64,000 nt of DNA from Chara braunii (Eukaryota > Plantae > Charophyceae). Position numbers and translations under genes: made by a program. The notes under the pieces were generated by a model, which worked only from the letters and a program-made list of their open reading frames with translations, did not search any database and was not told where the DNA came from. The DNA lies in the NCBI GenBank assembly GCA_003427395.1, contig BFEA01000021.1, positions 1,019,561 to 1,083,560 on the forward strand. Direction: 5' to 3'. Within the stretch, counting starts at the first letter, position 1. Each line of letters begins with the position of its first letter. Positions 39,772-51,624 of the stretch are shown piece after piece.

Positions 39772-39826
39772 GTGTTTCGCCAGACTTTCACCGGCTCATC
39801 AGGAGGTTGAACCTGGACAGTTTGTC
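39772..39826 (-). ncRNA. Type III hammerhead ribozyme motif with intact catalytic core (intron 2, sense to SEC63)
   Basis: Reverse strand: GACAAACTGTC^CAGG-TTCAA-CCTC-CTGATGA-GCCGG-TGAAAGT-CTGGC-GAAA-CAC. First stem I pair is mismatched and stem III is only 3 bp. Confidence 0.82.
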
Positions 39827-40444
39827 TGCCCAGGATGCATTCGACTGATGTGTGTGTGTATGTGTGTGCGTGTGTGTGTCTGAGAGAGAGAGAGAGAGAA
39901 AGAGTCGACAATGCAAAAGACGTGCAAACGATGCAGAAAAGCTATGACTCTGAACATTCCTCTAGAGAGAAACCAAGACACAGAAAGACAGCGTGATACA
40001 GAGAGAGACAACATGAATGGGGGTTCCAAAGCTTCAGGTGGCGCGAACTGTTTCAAAGCCTCCCAAGTACATGCGGTCACGGATGTCAGCTGCTTGCCAA
40101 ACAGATACAAACGCAGGAAGAGAGAGAGACTACCGACGTCACAATGTGTTTCGAAGCTTCGGGGGGGAGTCCTCGGTCGGTCCGCCAACCGTGATGTGTT
40201 TCGAATGCCAGTTTACACAGAGAGAGAGAGAGACATCTGACAAAGCCACAGAGACAGAGAAAAACAGTCCAAGAGAATGACATTCATTCCAACTTTTCTA
40301 GCCACTTTCTCACCTCAGCAAAAAATTCGTTTCATTTTGCTCATCGTATCCATAACTCCTGTGTGTCTATAGCTCTGTGTGTGTATGTGTGTTTTCTTCG
40401 TTTTCTCTCTGCCTCTTACATATCTAATCACAATCAGTTTCTCT

Positions 40445-40487
<43 letters not shown>

Positions 40488-40682
40488 ATCAACTAAGATG
40501 TATGTCAAAATATCCCTACAACAGATCAACACAATGCACAGTGCACTGCATGCTATCCAACTAATCAATGCGGTGTTCCACAGCGTGTTTTTTCCATCAC
40601 CCTTCGCCGCAGCTGCGCTGCGGCGGGTCCACTTGTTATGTTTTAAAATACATTTGTTTCACATTAGTTCGTTTCTTTTAAC

Positions 40683-40729
<47 letters not shown>

Positions 40730-41156
40730 CGTGTCGAACAGTGTCCGAACTCGTGACCTGATGATCTCATGGTTATCACTTCTGGCCTCTAGACCTGTAA
40801 AATACAATTCAGTCCTCTCAGGTACACCACTCGCCTCTTCTCTGCATCCAGTGAACTCTGCTTACCATTTTCGCACGCATTGATTTCAGGAATTTCCTTT
40901 CTGAATTGATGTTCTTCCCATCCATCCAGAACTGCTTAATTCGCACTCATTTTCTTATTCTCTTTACCCACTTCTTGGTACCATCCATCAACGTCTTCCT
41001 ATCAATTTTGTTTCTCTTCCAATGTATTGGACATATTTTTAACGTATTCTGGAAATATTTTGCACACGTGGACATATCTGCACATCTTCTGGCGATACAA
41101 AAAGGGGGAACAAAAAGAGGAGGTATGCAAGGCCAGGGGGTATCAAGAATAACTAC

Positions 41157-41252
41157 CTCCTGTGAAACAGTCCTGACATAATACAACAACACAGCCATGA
41201 AGCACCATAAGGCCACCAAAGCTACGTTTTCGCATGACAGAAATCGCGCCAC
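41157..41252 (-). CDS. SEC63: SEC63/ERdj2 exon 2 (second TM segment)
   Basis: VARFLSCENVALVALWCFMAVLLYYVRTVSQE. AG acceptor, GTAGTT donor, 96 nt, phase 0. Confidence 0.9.
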
Positions 41253-42105
41253 CTAAAGCCATTCAAGACATTCAAGAAGACCGACAACAGAACATACAAC
41301 ACGTTTTCTTCAGTCAAAGCCACGTGTGTCAGACTTCGTAACAAGAACCCGTTATTTAATTTAAAAAAATAAATATAATTCAGAAAATATATTCCACCCC
41401 GCCATTCATTAGCCGATCAGGTCCGGCCATTTCTCCCTCTCCCCTCTTTGGTGCTTAGTGGACCGAATAGGGGAATCCCACACCTGGGTGAATCGTCCCC
41501 GAGCAGAGAATCTGTCCTCCCCTTCTGAAAGCAGCGTGTCCAGAATTGAAAAGGCGAGAAAGGTAGAGAGAAGGAAGATGCGGAGGACGGGGAGATGTTC
41601 TGTAGAGTGGAAGCAAAAGACAGATAAGAGGAGAGCTTACACAGTGTCGATCGTGACGACAGCCGACAAATACAAATCAGAGACTGAGGGCACACTCATG
41701 CTTGGACTTTTTCGACTCAGCTCTGGACGTGATCGCAGTCAGATTCATCTAGGTCAGGGCGCAATTGGGATCAGATACATTAGAAAAGTGCTAGTTTGAG
41801 TATGCCCTGGCCTGTCGAGAACTAACGTGAGACCACGTAGCATACACGGCCACAGTAGAGAGGAAACAGAGAAAAAAGATAGAAAAGAAAACTGGGCCCA
41901 CCAACTCAGAAAGGGCGAGCCTCATGCCTACTGATAACAAAGGTAGTGGTTTGAAGTGCAAAGGCTGCCAAGAGAGGAGAAAGACGGGACAAAGAGCGGA
42001 GAACGAGACACGAAAAAGAGGACAAAGACTGGAGTCGCATGAAGCAAGCAAGACAAGGAGGAAGCGGAGGGCCCTACGTCGCCAGGACGTACGAAGGCAC
42101 ACCCG

Positions 42106-42350
42106 GACTCCACTGGAAGCAGTTCAAACTCCACTAGAAGCAGTTCGAACTCCACTAGAAGCAGTTCGAACTCCACTGGAAGCAGTTCAAACTCCACTGG
42201 AAGCAGTTCAAACTCCACTGGAAGCAGTTCAAACTCCACTGGAAGCAGTTCGAACTCCACTGGAAGCAGTTCGAACTCCACTAGAGGCAGTTCGAGCTCC
42301 ACTAGAAGCAGTTCGAACTCCACTAGAAGCAGTTCAAACTCCACTGGAAG
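42106..42350. repeat. 21 bp minisatellite (ACTCCACTRGAAGCAGTTCRA)n, about 12 copies
   Basis: Direct inspection. Explains the TPLEAVR and VEFELLP ORFs. A ~22 bp repeat follows at 42358-42465. Confidence 0.95.
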
Positions 42351-43496
42351 CCTGCGAAAGGGTGGGCAAGAACATGAAAAAGGGTGGGCACAGAACATGA
42401 AAAAGGGTGGGCAGAGAACATGAAAAAGGGTGGGCAAAGAACATGAGAAAGGGTGGGCAGAGAACACGAGAAAGGATGGAAAGGAGGGGAGGTTAGCGTG
42501 CATGGTCGACGCGATCGAACCAAACAGAAAGGGCAAGATGGCCAGGAATAAGAAAGAGAAAATCGGAAAGGACAAAGCCAAGGACGGGAGAGGACACGAG
42601 GAGAAAAGTAGCAACAGAGAGAAAGAGATGACCCCAAGAGAAGCGAAGCACGTCATGGAGGAGAGAAGGGAGAACGGGCGGAAAAGAAGAGAGGAGAACA
42701 AGGGAACAGGAGGGGCGGGAGAAAGGGAAGATGAGCGGGAGAAAAAGGGGAGGATGGGGAGAAAGAAGAGAAGTGGAGGATGGGTTGAGAAAGGCAAGGG
42801 CCCAAAAAGCGGGAGAAGAGGCGGAAAGAGGGAGGGAAGAGGGGGAGAAGAGGGGAGAAGAAAGAAGAGAAGTGGAGGACGTAGAGAGAACGGCAAGGGG
42901 ACATAAGAGAGGGAAAAAGAATGCAGACGAGGAGATAATAGAGAGCAGAAGAGTAGATAGGCAAGGATAGGGAGCGGAGTGGAAGGAAAAAGCGAGGATC
43001 ACGCGATAGGACAGAGCAAAACGAGAGGAAAGAAGGGAGGCAAGAGTAGATTATACTAGACCAGGACGACAGGGGGCACAAGCAGGCGCGAAAAAGAGGA
43101 AGGGATAGCGAGGGCGGAGAAGGAAAGGAGGCGAGAACGGCGAGGAGGGAAGCGAGGAGAGCAAGGAGGAGGGCGAGGAGGAGAGCACGGAAGGCCACAT
43201 GGAGAAAGGAGAATAGAGAGGACAGGAAAAAGCGAGCAGAGAAGAGAGTCTGGACAAAGTGGGCAAGCGAGATGACGAGAGAGGAGCAGGGCGAGGATTG
43301 ACGACGACAGGAGGGGAGAAACGAAGAAAACCAGAAGGGGAAAGGCGTAAACAAAGGGGGTGGACGGCCAGGGGACAACGGAGAGAAGCAAGAATAGATA
43401 TCAATCACAGAGACAAGAGGGACTAAAGAAAAGGGGTAGGAAAATCGTAGAAGACAGGAAAAGGAGAAAAACCGAGTCTCAGGCATGACTACTTAC

Positions 43497-43685
43497 CCGA
43501 CTTGCCAACGAGATTCGATTCTTCGGCGCCCGCATGCACTCTGCGCAGGGGCATTTGCTTCTTTTGCGAGAATCACGCTTGGAGTTACAGAGCCGGTAGA
43601 CGGTCCAGGGAATAACAAACAACGCCAGAACTGATAAGACGAAGATTGGAAACAAACTGCTCATCTCCTCCTTCGTGTTCGCCAT
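43497..43685 (-). CDS. SEC63: SEC63/ERdj2 exon 1 (MANTKEE...ASR; first TM segment, CxCxxC)
   Basis: Translation MANTKEEMSSLFPIFVLSVLALFVIPWTVYRL...CPCAEC resembles the plant ERdj2 N-terminus. 189 nt, followed by donor GTAAGT. Confidence 0.93.
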
Positions 43686-43931
43686 TTTCACCCCTCCACT
43701 CTTTCACGCTCAATACTTCCCTGGCTGGTACTCTCTCCCGCTCCTTTCCCTAATATACTCTCTCTCTCTCGTTCTGTTAACCCCCTGCCTCGTTAGCTTC
43801 AACCCTTCCTCCCTCTACTTCCTAAGGCTTTCTTCCTGGAGTCTTCCCGGCCTTACCCCCTTCCTTTGAGACCACCTCCTCTTCCTCTCGCCAATCCGAT
43901 CTCTCGAGCCTATCAACAGCTGATACTCCGC

Positions 43932-43933
<2 letters not shown>

Positions 43934-44022
<89 letters not shown>

Positions 44023-44023
44023 N

Positions 44024-44106
<83 letters not shown>
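43934..44106. repeat. (GA)n/(CT)n microsatellite ~250 bp upstream of the SEC63 ATG
   Basis: ~170 bp (CT)n. Many other GA/CT and CA/GT tracts occur across the window (e.g. 23764-23927). Confidence 0.97.
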
Positions 44107-44115
<9 letters not shown>

Positions 44116-45941
44116 CCACTCAAAACCTACAAGACATGGCGGAACACAGATGCGACTAGAAATACTTGGAGAGTACGAGAGGCCGCAAGAGAGGAAAAAA
44201 GGGTGAAAAAGAACCGTCTCAGGATTAACAGTAATGGACGCCAACGTGAGCGAAGGGCGCAAAAAAAATCCCGACCTTATTACCTATCCTCCTCGTTTGC
44301 CTGACATGGGTGTACGGAAGGGGCACGGTACTTCTTCACCCGTATACTCTCACAGTACACAGGCCCAGCTCACCGACGGCCCATCTTCTCTCACACTTCC
44401 TCGCCCCTCCAATTCCCCTCCGCTCTTCCCTGGCAGGCCTTGATTCACACTCACAGGTAGGTAGCTAATTGCATGATGATCCTTTGATTCATTACGCTCG
44501 GGAGCAACGCACTCATTCTATCTACACAGTGGCTGCGCACGTCAGCAAGCAGGATGCAAGTGGCATTAGCCGCTACCTTTCCAGCCAGCCGGTCGCCTTT
44601 TTATTTGACAGCGTCCATCCCACCGCCGCAAACAAACACCCGACCCCCCGCCAGGGAGCTGCTGCCCGTCAACCTCTCCTGCAACTCTCCTGCCCTAGGA
44701 CTCTTCTCAGTGTTTCCACCTCTCCCCTCGCTATCTACTCCCCCGCCGGTATCCGCCAAAACTTTCTGAATCATCGAAAGCCAAGTCTCTTCCCGCTCAA
44801 ACGCACATCCACACACGCCACAGTGCGGGAGGGTTTGCCGCCAAAACACTGCCCGATCAAAAAACCGCGCCACGCCACCGCCTTACCGACGGGTGACCGC
44901 CTCACCGACCACCCGTCTCCTCCGCCAAAAGTTGATTGAAACGCCGCCAAAACTTTTCACACGGCAAAACGAACTCGGCGATGGCGCCCTTGCTTGCTAC
45001 CCGCGCTTCCGAAGCAGCGCGAGAATTGCTCGCGAACGGCCCCGCGAGACCAGGGGGAGCACGCGGAACCAGAGAAGGTGACGAGTCAAACAGCGCACGT
45101 GCAGTGAGGTGGCCGGGGAGGAGCGGAAAGCTACGCGCTACACTGTAACACTGACCTAAAGCGTCAGTTTCGATATGAATTCAGGCCTGCTCAGCGATGT
45201 CCGTCATGTAAACACACCCGATGCGGTCGCCTGGTCCAACCGCAATTACCTGGTCCAATCTCAAGGGAGTCCGATGGTCGTTTTCCGAGGTGTATGGCCA
45301 GCACATATCGCACTGCCACGTGGCGGCGGACTTTCGGCACCTCCCCACTAGTACGCCGATGACGAACCCTCGACATCGAATCGAGTGTATTTGGCACCAT
45401 TCCACTCTGGCATCCCCAAGACGGACCCTTGACACCATCGAGCAACGGCATAAGAACAGCTGACTGAAAATCGACCTTGCCAGCTGCTGAGAGGCATCGT
45501 TCACCGTTACACCACTGCTTCGCTCAATCCCTTTCACACAGCAACCTGCTGGCTCAGGTAAGTTGCAGCGGACACAGGTGCAAACGATCGCTCGGCCACC
45601 ACACGCTCTCCTCCATGATGCACGGGCATAAGCCAATCACCAGGTTTGAGCAGGCTTTTCCAAGGTTGGGCCTACGGATACCAGTTGTTGCTGGGCCCAA
45701 CGCTGTCCAACACTGTAGTTGGAAGGGGTGGCATTTTCCGGGCGGGGTTTGGCGAGCGAGAGCACCATACGAAAATATGGCAGCCAATCCTCAACAAGAT
45801 TGAAGCGGCGTGGCACACAGTGGCACACTTTCGCAAGTGGGCCTCTCTCTTGGACTTCAGCTGCTTTTCTGAATCAGGACGCATTTTTTGTCCCGACCTG
45901 AAAATAAACTATTCTAGGGCACCTCGTGTCATTTCAATGAG

Positions 45942-46037
<96 letters not shown>

Positions 46038-46067
46038 CAAGTGGATCATGTGTTTAAGTGCATATGC

Positions 46068-46330
46068 GGAAGAATATTCTACGTTATAGCTTGCAACTAA
46101 TTCACCTTCCGCTTCTGGTAAATCGAAAGGAGCACGATTCGTTTTCGCTAAACAAGAGAAAAAAACAAAATCAATAAAGGAAAAGGGGAATACCAAACCG
46201 TATTTGTTTTTGTGCTATGACGATTTTTATGAACTTATAAGAACCTACGCAAATTAATACATTAGTTATATTAAAACCAATAGAAACTTCATAAGAAACT
46301 GTTTGAGCAGCACATCGTAGTGCTCCTATA
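46068..46330 (-). pseudogene. nad1: Mitochondrial nad1 fragment (NUMT), frameshifted
   Basis: [17 protein letters not shown]...VLICVGS...[12 protein letters not shown] then, in another frame, [32 protein letters not shown]. Confidence 0.92.
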
Positions 46331-46348
46331 TATGTATATATTTTTAAT

Positions 46349-46520
46349 CCTATTGCGGATCGAGCTAAGCAGACATTAGCTAAAATGACTTTGGAACGTA
46401 AATGCAAAACTTGTTTTAAACCTCACTCTTATGGATTTAGGTCAGGACGTAGTTGTCAAGATACAATGGAAGCTCAAGCTAGAGCCATTAGAGTCAAATA
46501 TGTGTTTGACGCTAGCACTG
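46349..46520 (+). pseudogene. Group II intron reverse transcriptase/maturase fragment
   Basis: [16 protein letters not shown]...[16 protein letters not shown]...KYVFDA corresponds to RT subdomains 2, 2a and 3 (consensus DRxxQ...SYGFRPGRS...YVLDAD). Confidence 0.85.
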
Positions 46521-47959
46521 CGAATGTCATGGGCTCGTTGGCAAAGTTGCTCCATCCAATAAATTCTATGAAATATTTTTTTCACAAACTAATTTTGTAA
46601 TACAATCTCGTAAAGGTTCTGCTGTACACCGACTTATCAGTGGTTTGACTTCGTTGATTTCAAGTTATTTTATTTATCAAGATAGTGTCGAAAAAACTTC
46701 AACAACGCTTTTCAAACATACTATGTTTTCTCTTATCTTGTGGGATCGTAATGAGTCTCATGCCCTACACACAAAATACGACCACGTGCGTCTTTGTACA
46801 ATAGGTGACTTAACGGTTGTCCGGTAAACATGTCAATAGTGACAAAATTCATATCAGTTACTGAAGAACAAGTATGTTGCAAATAGTCAGGCTCGCCACA
46901 GTTAAAACATTTCAGGAAGTATGCTTTACACACTGTTTCCACAATAGTACGCATTACCTCAGCACTTTGTGACAAACAATTTGGCGGAGATGTCTGAATA
47001 GTTGCACTTCGTGTCCGGAGACTCACAAAAACATTTTCCTTTGGCCTGAAAGCCTCGAGTGACTTCATAGACGTACCATCTATCGTTCCGTGGGAGTTTG
47101 GGTTAGGCGCTAACTTCTTATAAACAACAATTCATAGATTTATGTATTTCATGAACCTAAAATGTTTCATAGTTAGCGCTCTTTAGGTTAGAAATATCGG
47201 TGCATTTCAAAGCATTGGTGACATTAAATCAAATTTGGGTATGTATATTGGAAATGAGTAAATTTTACGACTTTACCTCACTCATTCTACTGTGACCGTG
47301 ATAGTCTCTATGATTAACGATTGCAAAAATTAAGTGTATTGTATAATATATATAAGTTAAAAGAAAAATAGATAAACGATTGGCGGAAGAGGTATTCAAA
47401 CCTCCGACAAGTTTTTTTTTTTTTTTTTTAACAATGCTCCAATCTATTCGTGGGGAGCAGCATGTGCTAGGAACTGGTCCAACGTTTAAAAAAAATATAT
47501 ATATATTGAATACAAAAAAAGACCGAGACCATTACCCGGTAATAGGGCAAAAAAACACTTATTAACCACTTGTTGTCCGCGAGCATTGATTGTCGTGGAA
47601 ACCTAAAGGACTAACTGCGTATGAGTTTTAGGAGGAAAGAGAACAACCTCTTTAAGGCGTCTGACAAATCTCTAACCGAGTAGCTTTTATTTTACACAAT
47701 GGCCCCCCTGCCAAGACGGGAAGTCCTATTTCAACTTGTTCATAAAATAATCGAAGAATATAATGATAGACTCCAAAGGGCGACCTGAAAACCAATGCAA
47801 TAACCATCCACCTCTACACATTGTTTTTTTTTACCGTGCAGAGGGAGGGGGCGTTTACCCTTATACCAAACCAATCAAGATTCATAAAGGTGTTCATTGA
47901 GAAGAGAAAAGGATCGAAAAAATAAGAGGGAGGGGAAAGTGGCGTAGTGTCATCACCAT

Positions 47960-48500
47960 GTGCAGTTCATTCGTTAAAACATAATCAATATTTTTTATGG
48001 GTGACATCCACACTGCTAGTCTTCCAGCTGGCATCCCTCCCTTGTATCCTTGTTATTTTTCCTCCATGTTCTCCTTTGAGCCATGCTGTGCAAAATTCAT
48101 TAATGCGTTGTGAAATATCTGACTTTTTACATAAGTTCACCATACTTTGAGTCATATTTTTCCACTGACCCTAATTTACATTTCAATGACACTGTTGATT
48201 ATATCAATAGTTTTCCCTAATATTTTACGTGCTCTCTTCCGAGCTAATACACAGCATTCTCGCCGGAGGGCCCTCATGACCACCTTTCTGCCAAACTTGA
48301 ACATATTTATTGTAAAGGGTGAAATTTGGGTAGTTTGCGGACACCACAGACATACAGGAGCATTCTCCATTTCCAAAATCATCCTTTTACGGTCTTAAGG
48401 TCATTTCAGATCCAGCTCAATCACCTCCATGTTAGTATTGTCCCTCATCACTTGACATTTCTTCTGGTGGAGAGTATTTTTCAACGTTATCCAACAAAAA
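47960..48500 (-). mobile_element. Possible degraded LINE ORF2 C-terminal remnant
   Basis: PVCLWCPQTTQ... Cys motif in a stop-interrupted AT-rich frame; weak resemblance only. Confidence 0.3.
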
Positions 48501-50900
48501 ATAGTCGCAAAGGTATATAAAAATTGTGAATTAACCCGAGTGAGTTGATAAAAACCCTGAGTAAAATTTCGATAAAAATTAGTCAGTTGAATATCGATTC
48601 GTCTAAGCATTCAACCAAAATAAAATGATTGAACAAATAAAAGTTGTAGCTAACACCCAGTGCATCAAATAAATATTTTCTTAAAATTGAGAACTTAAGT
48701 TATGGTTTCGTAAGATTTTCAATTCTCATATTTTCATAAGTTACTTTTGATTTCATTATTTTTATTTATACTCTTAGCGTGATTGCTATAATATATATTA
48801 AAAGCGACCGATATTGTAAAAGGTTGTTTTATCTTCAAAATAGTCCAAAAAAATTATGAATGTCATACTGAAGATGTTTTACAAAGAAAAATTTAATGAT
48901 TGCAGTCATGTTTTTCAACCTTAGCCAGTAGAGGTTTCGCCTAAGCTCTAACTCTTGCGAGCCTCCATATAGGACTCAACAAACATCTAACATGGTCATC
49001 GAAAGTGACATAATTAATTGTTTTAATTTTATAGATCATTACGTTATCATGAAAATTATATATATATTTTTTTATTATTCATTACTTACTTCTTTTTATA
49101 ATTGTAGGTGTTTTTATTCTTTAACTTCTTGCTTTACATCAAAATGATTGCAATAACTTATTGGGCATGAACTCTTCTCTAGATAAAATAGTATTTTATT
49201 CATATTTTTGCAGTTTGTCATCTCACAATCAATTCGTGGAGTTACAATACAGTCAAATCTTAGACCATGTTATTGACGAAACAACCTTGACAAGGGTATC
49301 TGCCCGATAATTTAAATGTCACACGTTGTTTGACTGTCGATAAAACTCCGTTTGAATGATTTGACTTGATGAGATCGAGTACTTGCCAATGCGTATTCAG
49401 ACAAGACTTACGCTCGAGAGGTCGAAACTTTTTTTATAAATCCTGAACCTTTTTAGCCTATATGAGTGACTGTAAAAACAGACAGTATGGTCTGTCGCTT
49501 TCGCATTTAGCGAAATCGCATGAGCGGCGCGGCTATCGGAACCTTAATTTAAGTTGTTCATATTTAAAATGAGAGAGCACGATTTAGCAGCCTTGCAATT
49601 CAAAGCTAAAACGACAAAAAAAGTCGGTCGCGACTTATTCAACAGAAAAAATTCCACGAGAAATGAATGTTGAAAAAATATTTAAAAAAAAAAAATCTTT
49701 ATATTTATAAATTATCATTCCAATGTTCGTCTAATTATAAAATTTCCAGTTTTATTTGATAAGTCTCCATCTAAATATGATTTTTCCCTTCTAACTACAT
49801 CTATTTGTTCAAGCTGGAATGAAAGTTTGAACGAGTTTATGAAATGTTTTTATTAAATTTCCATTCCACTACAACAAATATTTTATAATTTGGATTGGAT
49901 TCACCTATTTATGACTGTAAATCTTTACTTAGAATGACAGTCCAATTAAAACATTTCATGAACCCATTCAGACTTTTATTCCATCGCTAGCATGCAGTTC
50001 AAATAAGAAGGGATACCCCATTATTGAAATGAAAGTTTTCAAGTGAGAAGAAAAATTTTAAAATTGGAATGATATTTTTTAAGATGGAACGAAATTTTAA
50101 AATTTAAAATGTAATTTTACTATAGAATGATTATTTAATTCTGGAAAAAATTTCTGTTGTTTATGGCCCTAACGTAAAAAACACAACTTATTAATTTTAT
50201 TTTGTTATTACTTTCAAAATGACTCTATTGAGGTAATATCGCATTTAATACTTAAAAAGTCCGATAGTCTAACCTACAGGGCCAGACACCCTTTGGGTAA
50301 ATGGCGAGCAGACGATCTCTTAAGCAGATGAAGCAAGTTGAGTCTGCCTAGCCCTGAATGCAGACGACCTACTTGGTTCCACCTCTTCAAAGAAGGATGT
50401 TGCCTATTTAACTCCCATCATAGGAGTCCAATACGTACCACATCGAACTTTCATTCAACAAATACTAAGCTTGAATCTAAGACGATCAACTTGGCTAAAA
50501 AGTCCTGGTATTTCAGCGAGGTACAAATTATTTTCGTTGCATGATCAGTAAGATCTCACAGTTGAAATTGTTCGTGTCACGTGATGGAATTACCATGGCC
50601 CAAGTGCAAGGATGACACATATAAAAAAAAAAAAAAAAATTCCTTTTTTTGTTTTCATTGTGCAAGAAACTGAAATGGGTCCATCTCTTAATGGACGGGT
50701 AAAAAAACAAAACAAAATGAAACACGAAGTGGCGGAACTATAATGAAACTAGGGTATATGGCCCCAAAAATTTTGAACAGTTGCATGTTTTAACGGAGTA
50801 TCTATTTATTTATTTATTTTTCGTTTATTTTTTATAGACCTTCCTCTTCGATTTCGAAAAAAGGAAAGGTGACGTTTTAGGGCAACAAGCATCTTCCCTC

Positions 50901-51624
50901 TATTAGCGTGAATACCCTTACAAGGGTATCCGCTCTGGATTTTGTAAATGAAAGAAAATAAGTTTGGGTTAAGCACACTGCACGAGTTTTAAGGCACGTG
51001 TGATATCTTTTTCTTGTTGAATGGTTGACTAGAGTAGGGAGTATGTAGGAGCGTAGGCTTAACGCATGTGTGATATCTTTTTCTTGTTGATGGTTGTGAA
51101 GTCGGCGTGATTGTCGACTAAGTTTTGCTTTTGATTTAAACTGGGGTTATTGCAGCATGTCCGTACGTGCGGAGGACATCATCGACGACAATGCAACATT
51201 TAGTAATGGTCTAAGTGTGTGAGGGGACGAACACGCGGTAGGAGTAAGGATTGATGGTCGTGGATTCAGTGATAGGTCGAAGTGTAGCATTGAAGCGTTT
51301 CAGTGGACTTGCGTACCGCATGATACTGACTTATATAGTTGTTTGTTAGTACTAGGTTTAACCGTAGGCCTAACAATAATAATTACAGTGTCCGACTTCT
51401 CATCAGCGGAGTTAGAGTGGTACTACCGGTTTTATCTTAAATTATTTTATTAGTTATCGTCATCATTATTATTTTTATGTCAACGTTCTTTGAACCGGGT
51501 GGGGCACCGGTTTTAGGGGTCGTCCGGACCTGCGCGTGTTTTGAGGAGCACGCAAATTTTCTCTACCAGCCCCTCATGGAACTCGGACTGAAGAGGTCAA
51601 CGTACGTGAGAGGGTGGGACCTGT
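50901..51624 (+). mobile_element. Older related LTR remnant
   Basis: TATTAGCGTGAATACCCTTACAAGGGTATCCGC...GGATTTTGTAAATGAAAGAAA is homologous to the 61149 start. Confidence 0.55.

Noticed and set aside
41924-43486. ORFs of 158-322 aa (TPLEAVR / VEFELLP repeats, F/S/L/P-rich)
   Set aside because: Translation of a 21 bp minisatellite and an R/Y tract inside SEC63 intron 1.
44450-45900. Possible divergent gene upstream of SEC63 (GC-rich, CAG|GTAAGT near 45557)
   Set aside because: No ORF with recognisable homology and no supportable exon chain.
51390-51412. CTGATGAG on the minus strand
   Set aside because: No hammerhead stems or GAAA nearby; chance match.
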